DNA of 64,000 nucleotides from NCBI GenBank assembly GCA_964386715.1, contig CAYLTD010000006.1, positions 3,518-67,517 on the forward strand. Reading direction: 5' to 3'. This DNA is from an uncultured Bifidobacterium sp. (GTDB taxonomy: Bacteria; Acidobacteriota; Vicinamibacteria; Vicinamibacterales; CAVVIG01). Made by a program: the position numbers and the translations under genes. Below are positions 35,195-45,285 of this stretch, piece by piece. The notes under the pieces were generated by a model. That model worked only from the letters and a program-made list of their open reading frames with translations. It made no database searches and was not told the origin of the DNA. The first letter of the stretch is position 1; every line of letters starts with the position of its first letter.

Positions 35195-38100
35195 ATGACC
35201 TGCCCGCGCTGCGGCACCGAGTACTCTGATTCGTCGACGAGCTGTCCCGCCTGCTCGGCAGCGGCGCCGGACGACGGCGCCACGCTCGTCCACACGCCTG
35301 CGCCGGGCGAGCGTGCCGAGTTCGTCATCGACGCGGAGCAGACACTCGCACCGCCGTCGCCTCTTGATGCGGGCCAGACGCTGCCGCCCCCGCCCTTCGA
35401 TCCGGACGTCACGCTGCTCGGGGAGCCAGCCGATGCGGACATGACGCTGGCTGCGCCGCCACGCCAGGCGACGACGCGCAGTGGGAACCGGGCGGGTGCC
35501 GGCAGCCGCGCGACTGGCGCCACCGGGCCCCTGGCCGTCGGGCAGACCTTCGGCACCCGGTACCACATCATCAAGGTCCTCGGCGTGGGTGGCATGGGGG
35601 CCGTCTATCAGGCGTGGGATGCGGAACTGGGCGAGGCCGTCGCAATCAAGGTCATCCGGCCTGAGGCGATGGAGAACCCGGGCGCTGCCCTCGAACTCGA
35701 GAAACGGTTCAAGCGAGAGCTCCTGCTGGCACGCCAGGTCACCCACAAGAACGTCGTACGCATCCACGATCTCGGCGAGATCGACGGCATCAAGTACATC
35801 ACGATGTCGTACGTCGAGGGCACCGAGCTCGCCTCGATGCTGCGCGAGGAGGGGAAACTCAGCGTCGAGCGGACGCTCGTGATCATCCGGTCCATCGTGG
35901 AGGGGTTGCTGGCCGCGCACGCTGCCGGCATCGTGCACCGCGACCTGAAGCCGGCGAACATCATGATCCGGGAGGACGGCGAGGCGCTCATCATGGACTT
36001 CGGCATTGCCCGGTCCACGAGCGGGCCGTCCGAGAAGGCGGTCGCCGCCTCGGTGGCGTCACTGCCCGCGCGCCTCCGGAACGCCGCCACGAACTACACC
36101 GAGGCCACGATCGCGGGCTCCATCGTCGGCACCGTCCAGTACATGGCCCCCGAGCAGGCACGTGGCGAGGAGGTCGATCAGCGGACCGACATCTACGCTC
36201 TCGGGCTCATCGTCTACGACATGCTCGCCGGGCGGCACCGATCGGAGCACGCCGAGAGTGCGATTCAGGAACTGCGCACCCGGATGGAGCGCTCGCCGGT
36301 GCCCATCCAGACGATTGTGCCCTCCGTCCCGGGGCCGCTGAACGAGTTCGTCTCGCGCTGCATCGAGGTGGATCGTGACAAGCGCTTCGCGTCGACCCAG
36401 GACATGGCCGCGGCGCTGGCGCGGCTGGACGAGCACGGCAACCTCCGCCGCATCCGCCGGGTCGTCGGGCTGCCCCTGCTGGCCGCCGTCGTCCTGCTCC
36501 TGCTGCTGGGATCCGGAGGCATCGTCTACTACCAGCGCCAGCTGATTCCCGAAGCGCCGCACGATCCCGTGTCGGTGGTCCTCGCCGACATCGAGAACCG
36601 GACCGGGGATCCGACGTTCGACAACACGCTCGAGCCCCAGATCAAGCGCGCGCTCGAAGGCGCGGGCTTCATCACCGCGTACGACCGCACCGGCATCAGT
36701 CGCACCCTCGGCGTAAAGCCGCCAGAGAAGCTCGACGAGAACGTGGCGCGTGAAGTGGCCGTGAAGCAGGGTCTCGGTGTCGTGGTGTCCGGCGCCATCG
36801 CACCGGCCGGGAACGGCTACGAGGTGTCCATCAAGGCCACGCGCACCGTCAGCGGCGACGTCATCACTGCGGCTCGCGCGAGAGCGGGCAGCCGGGACCG
36901 CGTGCTCGAGACCGCCAACCGCCTGGTGACGAACGTCCGCCAGGCTCTCGGTGACAAGGCGTCCGAGTCCGAGCAGATGTTCGCGATGGCCAGCCTGTCG
37001 GCCACTTCGCTCGAGGTGGTCCGCTACTACGGCCAGGCGATGGAAGCCCAGTCGAAGAACGACTTCGAGCAGGCTCGCGAGAACTTCCTGAAGACGGTCG
37101 AACTCGACCCCAGGTTCGGCATCGGCTACCAGGGGCTGTCCGTGATCTCGCGGAACCTCGGCCGGCTCGATGATGCCGACAAGTACATCAAGCAGGCGCT
37201 GCAGTACCTCGACGGCATGACCGAGCGTGAGCGGTTCGTGACCCGCGGGATGTACTACCGCGTCAGCGGCGATTACGAGCAGTGCGTGAAGGAGTACGGC
37301 GAGCTGGTGTCGCGCTATGCCGGTGATGCGGTTGGCCACAATCAGCGGGCACTCTGCCTGTCGAAACTTCGTGACCTGAAGGGTGCCACCGAGGACATGC
37401 GGCAGGTGGTGCAGCTGCTGCCACGGCGTGCCGTGTTCCGCGACAACCTGGCCCTCTATGCGAACTACGCCAGCGACTTCCAGACCGCCGAGAAGGAGGC
37501 GCTGGCGGTCGAGGAACCCGACGCGTATGCGGTGCTGGCGCTGGCATTCGCGCAGTTCGGGCAGGGGCGCGTGCAGGAGGCGACCGCCACCTACACGCGG
37601 CTCGCCGGGATGGGCCGCCTTGGAGCGACCATGTCGGCGTCCGGGCTCGCCGACATCGCGCTGTACGAGGGCCGCCTGTCGGACGCGATCCAGGGCTTCG
37701 AGGCGGGCGCCGCCGCGGATCTGGCAGCGAAGAACGGGGACAAGGCTGCGATGAAGCTGACGTCGGTGGCCTATGCGAACCTGCTGATGGGTCGGCCGCG
37801 CCCGGCGGCCGCTGCCGCTGAACGGGCGCTGGCCCACAGCAAGGCGGTGGCGATCCAGTTCCTCGCGGGCAGGACGTTTGTCGCGGCCGGCGTCACGGAG
37901 CGGGCGAGGGAGCTCTCTGCGGGGCTCTCGCAGGGGCTCCAGTCCGAGCCTCAGGCCTACGCCAGGATCATCGAAGGCGAACTCGCCCTCAAGGCCGGTA
38001 ACGCTCGCGAGGCCGTGAAGGCCTTCACGGAAGCCAACAACCTCCTCGACACCTGGCTGGGCCACTACGACCTCGGCCTCGCCTACCTGGCGCTGGAGGC

Positions 38101-38344
38101 CTACCCGCAGGCGGACTCCGAGTTCGATCGGTGCATCAAGCGGAAGGGCGAAGCGCTGTCGCTCTTCGTCGACGAGGAGCCGACGCTCGGCTATTTCCCG
38201 GGCGTGTACTACTACCAGGGCCGCGTGCGGGAAGGCCTGAACAGTGCGGGATTCGCCGACCTCTATCGCGAGTACCTGAACATCCGCGGCACGTCGACCG
38301 AAGATCCGCTCCTGCCCGACATCCGCCGCCGACTCGCGAACTGA
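35195..38344 (+). CDS. Ser/Thr protein kinase with N-terminal zinc ribbon, one TM segment and extracytoplasmic TPR region
   Basis: CPRCG...CPAC ribbon; kinase motifs GGMGAVY, AIKV, HRDLKPANIM, DFGIA and APE; TM LPLLAAVVLLLLLGSGGIVYY; C-terminal TPR-like repeats. Confidence 0.88.
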   Translation: MTCPRCGTEYSDSSTSCPACSAAAPDDGATLVHTPAPGERAEFVIDAEQTLAPPSPLDAGQTLPPPPFDPDVTLLGEPADADMTLAAPPRQATTRSGNRAGAGSRATGATGPLAVGQTFGTRYHIIKVLGVGGMGAVYQAWDAELGEAVAIKVIRPEAMENPGAALELEKRFKRELLLARQVTHKNVVRIHDLGEIDGIKYITMSYVEGTELASMLREEGKLSVERTLVIIRSIVEGLLAAHAAGIVHRDLKPANIMIREDGEALIMDFGIARSTSGPSEKAVAASVASLPARLRNAATNYTEATIAGSIVGTVQYMAPEQARGEEVDQRTDIYALGLIVYDMLAGRHRSEHAESAIQELRTRMERSPVPIQTIVPSVPGPLNEFVSRCIEVDRDKRFASTQDMAAALARLDEHGNLRRIRRVVGLPLLAAVVLLLLLGSGGIVYYQRQLIPEAPHDPVSVVLADIENRTGDPTFDNTLEPQIKRALEGAGFITAYDRTGISRTLGVKPPEKLDENVAREVAVKQGLGVVVSGAIAPAGNGYEVSIKATRTVSGDVITAARARAGSRDRVLETANRLVTNVRQALGDKASESEQMFAMASLSATSLEVVRYYGQAMEAQSKNDFEQARENFLKTVELDPRFGIGYQGLSVISRNLGRLDDADKYIKQALQYLDGMTERERFVTRGMYYRVSGDYEQCVKEYGELVSRYAGDAVGHNQRALCLSKLRDLKGATEDMRQVVQLLPRRAVFRDNLALYANYASDFQTAEKEALAVEEPDAYAVLALAFAQFGQGRVQEATATYTRLAGMGRLGATMSASGLADIALYEGRLSDAIQGFEAGAAADLAAKNGDKAAMKLTSVAYANLLMGRPRPAAAAAERALAHSKAVAIQFLAGRTFVAAGVTERARELSAGLSQGLQSEPQAYARIIEGELALKAGNAREAVKAFTEANNLLDTWLGHYDLGLAYLALEAYPQADSEFDRCIKRKGEALSLFVDEEPTLGYFPGVYYYQGRVREGLNSAGFADLYREYLNIRGTSTEDPLLPDIRRRLAN

Positions 38345-38353
38345 TCCGGCGAC

Positions 38354-38911
38354 CTACGGCAGCGTGGGGTTGGACGGCTGCAGCAGGTCGATCACGTACG
38401 AATGACTGGCGTGGAGCGAGGGCAGCTCGCCGTCCCAGACATCGACGAACACGTAACGCGGGCTGCCATTGAGCACCGCCTGCTGAACCATGCCGTTGAG
38501 CGCCACCGCGCCCGTCTGTCCGTCCACCGTGATGACGTTCTGTCGCGACACCAGCTGGTCGAAGGTCACGGTGAACACCGTGGCCGACGAGGTGCCGGCG
38601 CATGAGGGGTCCAGCGCCGTGAGCCGGATCGACGCACCGGGTCCCGGGTCGAAGGCGAGCCCGACGTTGATGGCGACCGAGCCGGACCCACCCGAGACAA
38701 ACGCACCGGCCCCGTAGCCGAAGGCAGTGGCGCCGTCCTCCAGCGGCATGTCGGGAATCGGGTGCAGGTCGGGATTGGCGAGCGCGGCGTCGCACGCCGT
38801 GGCCGGCACCGCCACCTGGGCGGAGACGGCGGAGGGTAGCGACAGCGCGGTCGCGCAGAGACCGGCTGCCACCGACTGACGGACCGTGAACGCGCGAAGA
38901 AGCCTGCTCAT
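38354..38911 (-). CDS. secreted hypothetical protein (185 aa) downstream of the giant surface protein
   Basis: Signal MSRLLRAFTVRQSVAAGLCATALSLPSAVSAQ. GAGG SD. 110 nt downstream of the giant gene on the same strand. Confidence 0.5.
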   Translation of the reverse strand: MSRLLRAFTVRQSVAAGLCATALSLPSAVSAQVAVPATACDAALANPDLHPIPDMPLEDGATAFGYGAGAFVSGGSGSVAINVGLAFDPGPGASIRLTALDPSCAGTSSATVFTVTFDQLVSRQNVITVDGQTGAVALNGMVQQAVLNGSPRYVFVDVWDGELPSLHASHSYVIDLLQPSNPTLP

Positions 38912-39021
38912 GACGGAGTAAACCTCGCTTCGAGAGTGACCGGAGCCAGGGTCGGCACCGCAAGAAGCAGCGGCCGACCGGGACCCCGTACGCGCATGGG
39001 CACCAGGATCCAAGACATGCA

Positions 39022-42000
39022 TCACGGGCCAGCGGTCACCGTCAGGCTGACTGTGGCCTGGGTGCTGTCGAGGGGCGTCACGCCACTCGCTTCCCGGGCG
39101 ACGTAGGTGAAGCTGTCCACGCCGACGAACCCGGCAGCTGGCCGGTAGATGAACCCGCCTTCCGGGGTCAGCGTGAGCGTGCCGTTCGCCGTGGGCGAAG
39201 CGAGCACCGCGATAAGCGGATCGTTCTCGACGTCGGTGTCGTTGGCCAGGACGCCGCCATACGACGACGCGGCGTACACGGCCTGCAGCTCCGTGATGGT
39301 CAAGGCGCGGTTGAAGAGCAGCACCTGGTCGACGCTGCCAACCAGCGACGCGCCAGGCACGAGAAGCGTGGTCGCCCGCGCACCGATGAGCACGGGTTCT
39401 CCGGGCGTCAGAACCGGCGTGCCGGTGGTGGTGATGACAGCGCACCCGTCCTGCACGCCGTCGAGGTACACGCACAGCGTCCTGGTGCTGTCGTCATACA
39501 CGCCTGCCACGTTGTGCCACGTGCCGCCGCTCACGGTGGACGCACCGCCGACGACGCACGTGCCGCCCTCGTCGCACGCCACGTAGGCGCTGCTGTCCCA
39601 GTACGCCGGCGTGAGCGAACCGCTCGCTGCGGCATCGGTGAATGCCACGCCCAGCTGGACCCTGCCGCCCTGCACCTGGAGCCGGTAGTTCGTCAGCGTG
39701 CCGTCCTTGCTGACGACGGTGTTCTCCGCGTACCGGTCGGTCAGGTTGACCCAGGCGCCGATCGAGAAGCTGCCCGGCTGGGCGAGCGAGGGGCCATCCG
39801 GGATGGACACAGCGCTCGACCCGTCGAGCACGAAGGCCTGGCCGTACTTGCCCGCGCCGTAGCTCACGCTTCCGAGGGCGGACCCGTCGTTCGTGCCCTT
39901 GCTGTCCTGTGCATTCCCGTCACCGCGCCACCAGCCCGTGAGCCCGGCGGGCGGTCCGGCCACGACGACATCGGAGGCGCCGACGTAGGACCAGTTGAGG
40001 ATGTCGGCATTCTCGACTGCGCCACCGGTGCCGGCCGTGAAGCCGACGAAGGCGTCCGAGCCACCCAGGGTGCTCGGGATGTCGATCGCGTAGGCGAGGG
40101 TCGCGTCCGCCGGACGCTCCGATGTCCGACTCAGGCGCACGGCAAGCGTTGCGCCGTCGTACTCCACCCAGGCGTACCAGAGCGCTCCGTCCTTGAGCGA
40201 TCCGAGCGGAGAGACGTCGGCGGTCTGCACCGAGACCATCGAGCCGTTGACGTCCACGCCGATGTGGTTGTCGTTCGGATCGTAGAAGTTGGGGAACGTG
40301 TCGAACTCCACGGCCACGCTCGGCGAGATCTTCGCACCCTGGCAGGGGGTCTCGACGCCGCACAGGCTCGGGTCCGGGAACTCGCCGAGCCCGAGGTTCT
40401 CGCCGCGCGCGCCGAGCTGTGTTGGCCCGACCGGCTGCAGCACGAAGGCGAACCCGTCGCCTCCGCCTTCCGAGGGCGCGAGCCTGAAGGTGAAGGCGGT
40501 GGAGAACCGTGTGACGTTGCGGGTCAGCGACGTGAACGCGCTGCCCCGCTGGCCGAAGTCTGCCGGAACGACCCGCAGCACCGTTCCGTCCGTCGTCGTC
40601 ACGGCCGCAGCCGGTCCGTTGAGCGTCAGTCCGTCGGTGGATGCGAAATCGGCGAAGGACACGGGCGGGCCGACCCTCGTGGCGTAGCTGTCGTCCGTGG
40701 GGACCGGGGGATCGTTCACCGGCGTGACGTCGATCGTGACCGTCGCCGGGGTGCTGGTGATCGCCGCCGCGCAGAGCGTCGCCACCGCGCCGCAGTTGTC
40801 CGGATCGCCCCTGTCCGTGATGGTGAACACGAAGCTGTCGGGGCCGAAGTAGTTGGCGTCGGGCGTGTAGGCCAGGTTCGGCAGCGTGCCCGTGAGCGTG
40901 CCGTGCTGCGGAGGCGTGGTGATCTGGAACGTCAAGGTCGCACCGGACGTTTCCAGGTCGGAGCCCGACAACGTCAGTGGCACCGGCGTGGCGCATGAAG
41001 CCGCCGGCGAGCTGCTGCAGTCCTCGAACAGCGTCAGGACCTGCGGCGTGGCGGTGGGCGGGTCGTTGACCGGCAGCACCGTCACCGTGACGGTCGCCGC
41101 CCCGCTGGGGAGCGCGCCCGCACAGCCCTGCGGTGGGGGCGCCCCTGCCGCGCAGGAGTCCGGGTCGCCGCGATCGGTCACCGTGAAGGTGAACGTATCC
41201 ACGCCGTTCCAGTTTGCGGCCGGCGTGTAGGTGGCGGTCCGCCCGGACAGGAGCAGCGTTCCGCCCGCCGGTGACGTGCCCACGGCATAGGCGAGGTCGT
41301 CGGGACTGATGGTCTCGACGTCAGCGCCCGACAGCGTCATCACCACCGCGCCGCTGTCCTCCGTGATGGTGATCGGGTCCGGCGCGATGGCCGTCGGCTG
41401 GTCGTTCACCGCGCGCACCGTGATCGTGAACGTGACGGGCGGCGTGCTCGTGTCGATCCCGCCGAAGGCCGTGCCGCCGTTGTCCCGAATCTGCACCGTC
41501 ACGGTCGCGACGCCGTTGGCATTCGGTGCCGGCGTGTAGGTGAGCACGCCGGACGGCGAGATCGCCGGTTGCCCGGCGCCCGCCGTGAACAGCCCGCTGT
41601 TGTTGTTCGAGACGAGGAAGGCCAGCACCTGTCCGCACACCGACGGCACCGCACCAGGTTCGGCACATGAGGTGCCGTCCGTCTCGTTGAGCGGTCCGGC
41701 GCTGAGGACCGAGGCCCACCCCACTGAGCGAGTTCCCGAGTCTTCATCCACCGAATCGTTTCCGCCTGCAACGAACGACGGCACGTCATTGACGGGGTTC
41801 ACGGTGATGGTCACCTTCGCCACGTTCGAATCCGGGCTGAGCGGGGTGACCCCGTTCCACAGGGGCGCCTTGATCTTGTAGGTGAACGACACCGTGCCGT
41901 AGTAGTTGCCGGCTGGCGCGAAGGTGAACGACCCGTTGTCGTTCAGCACCAGGATGCCGGCCGACGGATTGGAGAGACCGGTGACCAGCAACACGCCGGC

Positions 42001-45000
42001 CGCCGGCTTCGGGCTGTCGGGGTCGGTGTCGTTCAGGAGCACGCCCGTCGCGGCTGAGACGCTCAGCAACGGCGTGTCCTCGTTCACGCTGTAGAAGTCG
42101 TCATTCGCGGACGCCTGCGCGTTGAACGGCGGGATCGCGGATGCCGCGTCGTTCACCGCGGTGACGGTCACGAAGTTCGAGGGGCTGCTGACGTCGGCCG
42201 CGCTGGTGAACTCCGCGATGGCCCAGTAGGTGAACTCGACCCCGTTCGGCAGTTCCTCCTGATCGACGAGGCTGAACGTCGAGCCGTTCGGCGTGCGCCC
42301 GACCAGCACCTTGGCTGCCGTCGTGGTCGCGTTGATGGCCGTCCCCGTGATCCGGTACACCGCGTAACTGGTGACCTGGTCCCCGCCGACGTTCGGCACC
42401 TCCCAGCGCAGCAGGTTCCGGTGGAGCGGCGCAATCGGAGGCGTGGTCGAGGCCTGCACGCACCCGGGTGTGCCGATCACGCACACGGTCAACCGGTTCG
42501 GCGGCGTGTGGCTCAGGGCCGACGACGTCTCGTAGTCGATCTCCTGGCCGCCGCCGAAGTCGATGCCGCCGCCGAAATCGATGCCGCCGCCGAAATCGAT
42601 GCCGCCACCGAAGTCGATGCCGCCGCCGAAGTCGATGCCACCACCGAAATCGATGCCGCCGCCGAAGTCGATGCCGCCGCCGTAGTCGATGCCGCCGCCG
42701 TAGTCGATGCCGCCACCGTAGTCGATGCCGCCGCCGTAGTCGATGCCGCCGCCGAAGTCGATGCCGCCGCTGAAATCAATGCCGCCGCCGAAATCGATCC
42801 CGCCGCCGAAATCGATGCCGCCGCCGTAGTCGATGCCGCCGCCGAAATCGATGCCCGCCGAGAAGCCGGCCATGTTCGGCGTGGCGCCCATCTGGTTGAG
42901 GCGCACGTTCGCCCATTCGTTGAAGCCGGTCAGCGGCGACAGGCTGCCGTCGAAGTTGACGTCCTGGGACATCAGGCCACCGGGATCGAGGCCGGTCGTG
43001 TTCCAGTCGATGACGCCCGACATCGGACCATCGAAACGGGCCGTCGGCACCCACCCCGCCGGAAGCGGATTGGGGAACGTCGCGCCGTTGCAGTACTTCT
43101 TGGCCGGCGTCAGCCCGAGGTTGGCGGCCAGCGAGCCGGGCACGAGCGGCACGAACCAGGCCGCGCGGTAGATCGCCCCTTCACCCGGCATGCCGGCATC
43201 CCGCAGAGCGCCCTCGGTCAGCGTCGGCCGCTGGCCGCGGCCGTAGTCCAGCACCTGCTGGTTCGTGTAGTCGAGCAATCCGTGCGTCTGATACAGGTAG
43301 CTCATTACGCTCGGGATGTTCGGCTTGCAGTTCGGCTCGTACTTCACCGTCACGCGGCCGTTCGGGTTCGCGGTGTATGTCGCCGGAGCCCCGCCGTGCC
43401 ACAACTCCAGGTTGTGACCCAGTTCGTGCATCGTCGTCGACGCCTGCGCGAACGATGTGCCCACGAAGTTGTCCCAGAGGCCGAGCGTCACCATCAGGTT
43501 GCCGCCGGGCAGCGTGCTCACGCCCGAACTGCTCTTCGGCACGTGGTAGTCGGGTGAGTTCGGATCGGTGGACTTCGGGATGCCGCGGGCGTGCGCGTAG
43601 AGCAGGTAGTGGAACAGGCCCTGCCGTTCGTGATCGAACCTCCGGCGGCAGGGATTGCTGGCGCGGCCCGGAGCCTCGCAGGCGTCCTGGTCGGCTGCGT
43701 TCAGTTCCTGGCCCGCTGGTCCGACCGGCGCGTCGCGCAGGATCTGGTAGCCGATCTGGAAGCTGACCGTACCTGGGAAATCGGGGAACTGGCAGGGTGC
43801 GCCGCCCGCCGTCGTGCATGCGGTCTCCCGCATGGTCTCTCCCCCACGGGCATACGCGGGATCCACGAGATAGTCCCTGGCTGGCGTGTCAGCGCCGTAG
43901 CCTGGCAGCCCGCGGTAGTCGCCGACATCGAAGTGGATGTTGATGCCCGGTGTGTTGTCCGGGTTGCTCACGGGGGCGTTCCTGTACGCCTCGCCCAGCA
44001 TCCGGAACACCTCGGGCTTGGGCAGGTGACTATGGCCGGCCGCATCGACGACGCGTGCCGTCGTGGCGTTCACCGGGGCAGCCGCGGAGCCGTACGCGGT
44101 TCCGGGGTCGGCGGTCATGGCGCCGACCTCCACGAAGATGTCCTTGTGCCTCGAACTGGCGCCCATCGCCTTGAGGTTCGGGAGCGGCTCCCAGTTCGGC
44201 TGTCGCAGCGTCCCCGTCGCATCTTCGATGCGGTCGGGGATGCCGTCGTTGTCGACGTCCTTCACGGTGGTGGAGAACGCGATGGCCGCCCACGCGAGAC
44301 AGTCGTACTGGCTCGAGTTCGTATGGTCGATCGTGGTGACCACTTCTTCGCCGAAGCCGCCCCCGCCCGGCGCCGCATCGCGTCCTGGCAGCTGCGCGGT
44401 CACGTCGAAGGTCGGGTTCGACCAGCCACGGTCCGAGTTGCCCCCCTGGCCCGTGTTGACGAACTTGTCGCCGCCGAGCAGCGTCGGCGCGTTCGAGCGG
44501 AGATTGTTGAACCAGACGCGGTCGGTCTTGTTCTGGCGTCCGCTCGCGACGATGTGCGTGAGCTTGGCGACGTGGGTGCTCGACGACTGGAAGAACCCGC
44601 GCAGTTCCTGGGAGGTGACGGCGTTCGGTGGCTCGAGGTAGGCGCCGTCATACAGCACGATCTGGGTGAGCGGCTGCGACGGGTCGCGATAGACGACGAA
44701 CAGCGACGCGCCGGCGCTCACTGGGACGGCATTAGTGGAGGGCGGCGCGTCCGGCAGCTTGACGCTGTGCAGCGGTAGGCCTGCCCTGGCGAGGTCCGTG
44801 TCATTGACGAGGCGCTTGCCAGTGGGCTTGCCGTTCGTGTCCAGTTGCAGCGGCAGCAGGCGCAGCACGTCGGCGCGGTACATCGTCAGCGTCGGCTGCG
44901 GTCCCGCGCTGAAGCAGGACGCGGTGGCCGGGGTCGGCCTCACGCGCGATGCCTTGACCGTGGTGACCGGTTGCCCGCGGAACGTCACGCCGTCGGCCTG

Positions 45001-45285
45001 CTCTCTGATGATCGACGAGCCCGTGATGGTTTCCCAGTAGAGGAACGCCGCGATGATGTCCGCATTGGCCGGTACGCCCGTCATCGGGATGTTGCCCGTG
45101 ACGAAGGCCGAACTCCCGGCTGCCTTCGGCAGGTCCACGCCCCCGACGGCGTAGTTGCCCGTCAGCAGATAGCTCTTCGAGAACGGCAGCGCGTCCCTGA
45201 GCGGCGCCTGCGCCTGGCCGCCCGTCCAGGCGAACGCGAACGCGAGGGCCACGGCGAGCAGGGCGGCACGAGCCGTGACACGCAT
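39022..45285 (-). CDS. giant secreted multidomain surface protein (metzincin-like module, GGGID[F/Y] array, cadherin/Ig-like repeats, legume-type lectin, LamG)
   Basis: Signal MRVTARAALLAVALAFAFAWTGGQAQA. HELGHNLELWH at 43396-43428. Repeats ending in VNDxP/NDTD. Lectin signature VAVEFDTFPN..DPNDNHIGVDVN at ~39985-40665. LamG-like region at ~39300-39945. An alternative upstream ATG at 45375 has a GAGG SD. Confidence 0.8.
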   Translation of the reverse strand: MRVTARAALLAVALAFAFAWTGGQAQAPLRDALPFSKSYLLTGNYAVGGVDLPKAAGSSAFVTGNIPMTGVPANADIIAAFLYWETITGSSIIREQADGVTFRGQPVTTVKASRVRPTPATASCFSAGPQPTLTMYRADVLRLLPLQLDTNGKPTGKRLVNDTDLARAGLPLHSVKLPDAPPSTNAVPVSAGASLFVVYRDPSQPLTQIVLYDGAYLEPPNAVTSQELRGFFQSSSTHVAKLTHIVASGRQNKTDRVWFNNLRSNAPTLLGGDKFVNTGQGGNSDRGWSNPTFDVTAQLPGRDAAPGGGGFGEEVVTTIDHTNSSQYDCLAWAAIAFSTTVKDVDNDGIPDRIEDATGTLRQPNWEPLPNLKAMGASSRHKDIFVEVGAMTADPGTAYGSAAAPVNATTARVVDAAGHSHLPKPEVFRMLGEAYRNAPVSNPDNTPGINIHFDVGDYRGLPGYGADTPARDYLVDPAYARGGETMRETACTTAGGAPCQFPDFPGTVSFQIGYQILRDAPVGPAGQELNAADQDACEAPGRASNPCRRRFDHERQGLFHYLLYAHARGIPKSTDPNSPDYHVPKSSSGVSTLPGGNLMVTLGLWDNFVGTSFAQASTTMHELGHNLELWHGGAPATYTANPNGRVTVKYEPNCKPNIPSVMSYLYQTHGLLDYTNQQVLDYGRGQRPTLTEGALRDAGMPGEGAIYRAAWFVPLVPGSLAANLGLTPAKKYCNGATFPNPLPAGWVPTARFDGPMSGVIDWNTTGLDPGGLMSQDVNFDGSLSPLTGFNEWANVRLNQMGATPNMAGFSAGIDFGGGIDYGGGIDFGGGIDFGGGIDFSGGIDFGGGIDYGGGIDYGGGIDYGGGIDYGGGIDFGGGIDFGGGIDFGGGIDFGGGIDFGGGIDFGGGIDFGGGQEIDYETSSALSHTPPNRLTVCVIGTPGCVQASTTPPIAPLHRNLLRWEVPNVGGDQVTSYAVYRITGTAINATTTAAKVLVGRTPNGSTFSLVDQEELPNGVEFTYWAIAEFTSAADVSSPSNFVTVTAVNDAASAIPPFNAQASANDDFYSVNEDTPLLSVSAATGVLLNDTDPDSPKPAAGVLLVTGLSNPSAGILVLNDNGSFTFAPAGNYYGTVSFTYKIKAPLWNGVTPLSPDSNVAKVTITVNPVNDVPSFVAGGNDSVDEDSGTRSVGWASVLSAGPLNETDGTSCAEPGAVPSVCGQVLAFLVSNNNSGLFTAGAGQPAISPSGVLTYTPAPNANGVATVTVQIRDNGGTAFGGIDTSTPPVTFTITVRAVNDQPTAIAPDPITITEDSGAVVMTLSGADVETISPDDLAYAVGTSPAGGTLLLSGRTATYTPAANWNGVDTFTFTVTDRGDPDSCAAGAPPPQGCAGALPSGAATVTVTVLPVNDPPTATPQVLTLFEDCSSSPAASCATPVPLTLSGSDLETSGATLTFQITTPPQHGTLTGTLPNLAYTPDANYFGPDSFVFTITDRGDPDNCGAVATLCAAAITSTPATVTIDVTPVNDPPVPTDDSYATRVGPPVSFADFASTDGLTLNGPAAAVTTTDGTVLRVVPADFGQRGSAFTSLTRNVTRFSTAFTFRLAPSEGGGDGFAFVLQPVGPTQLGARGENLGLGEFPDPSLCGVETPCQGAKISPSVAVEFDTFPNFYDPNDNHIGVDVNGSMVSVQTADVSPLGSLKDGALWYAWVEYDGATLAVRLSRTSERPADATLAYAIDIPSTLGGSDAFVGFTAGTGGAVENADILNWSYVGASDVVVAGPPAGLTGWWRGDGNAQDSKGTNDGSALGSVSYGAGKYGQAFVLDGSSAVSIPDGPSLAQPGSFSIGAWVNLTDRYAENTVVSKDGTLTNYRLQVQGGRVQLGVAFTDAAASGSLTPAYWDSSAYVACDEGGTCVVGGASTVSGGTWHNVAGVYDDSTRTLCVYLDGVQDGCAVITTTGTPVLTPGEPVLIGARATTLLVPGASLVGSVDQVLLFNRALTITELQAVYAASSYGGVLANDTDVENDPLIAVLASPTANGTLTLTPEGGFIYRPAAGFVGVDSFTYVAREASGVTPLDSTQATVSLTVTAGP
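42532..42858 (-). repeat. 18-bp tandem repeat, 17 near-identical units plus 1 degenerate unit, encoding G-G-G-I-D-[F/Y]
   Basis: Units such as gccgccgccgaaatcgat, gccgccgccgaagtcgat and gccgccgccgtagtcgat are read directly, in frame within the giant ORF. Confidence 0.9.

Noticed and set aside
42468-42779. A regular short repeat that might suggest a CRISPR array or independent small ORFs (RCRRRNRC..., ISAAASTSAAAS...).
   Set aside because: The units are directly tandem (18 bp, no spacers) and in frame within the giant ORF. The alternative-frame ORFs are repeat artefacts.
42532-42858. Classifying the GGGID[F/Y] array as RTX calcium-binding repeats.
   Set aside because: RTX units are nonapeptides (GGxGxDxUx). 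Here the period is 6 aa and the Gly/Asp register does not match, so the resemblance is only compositional.
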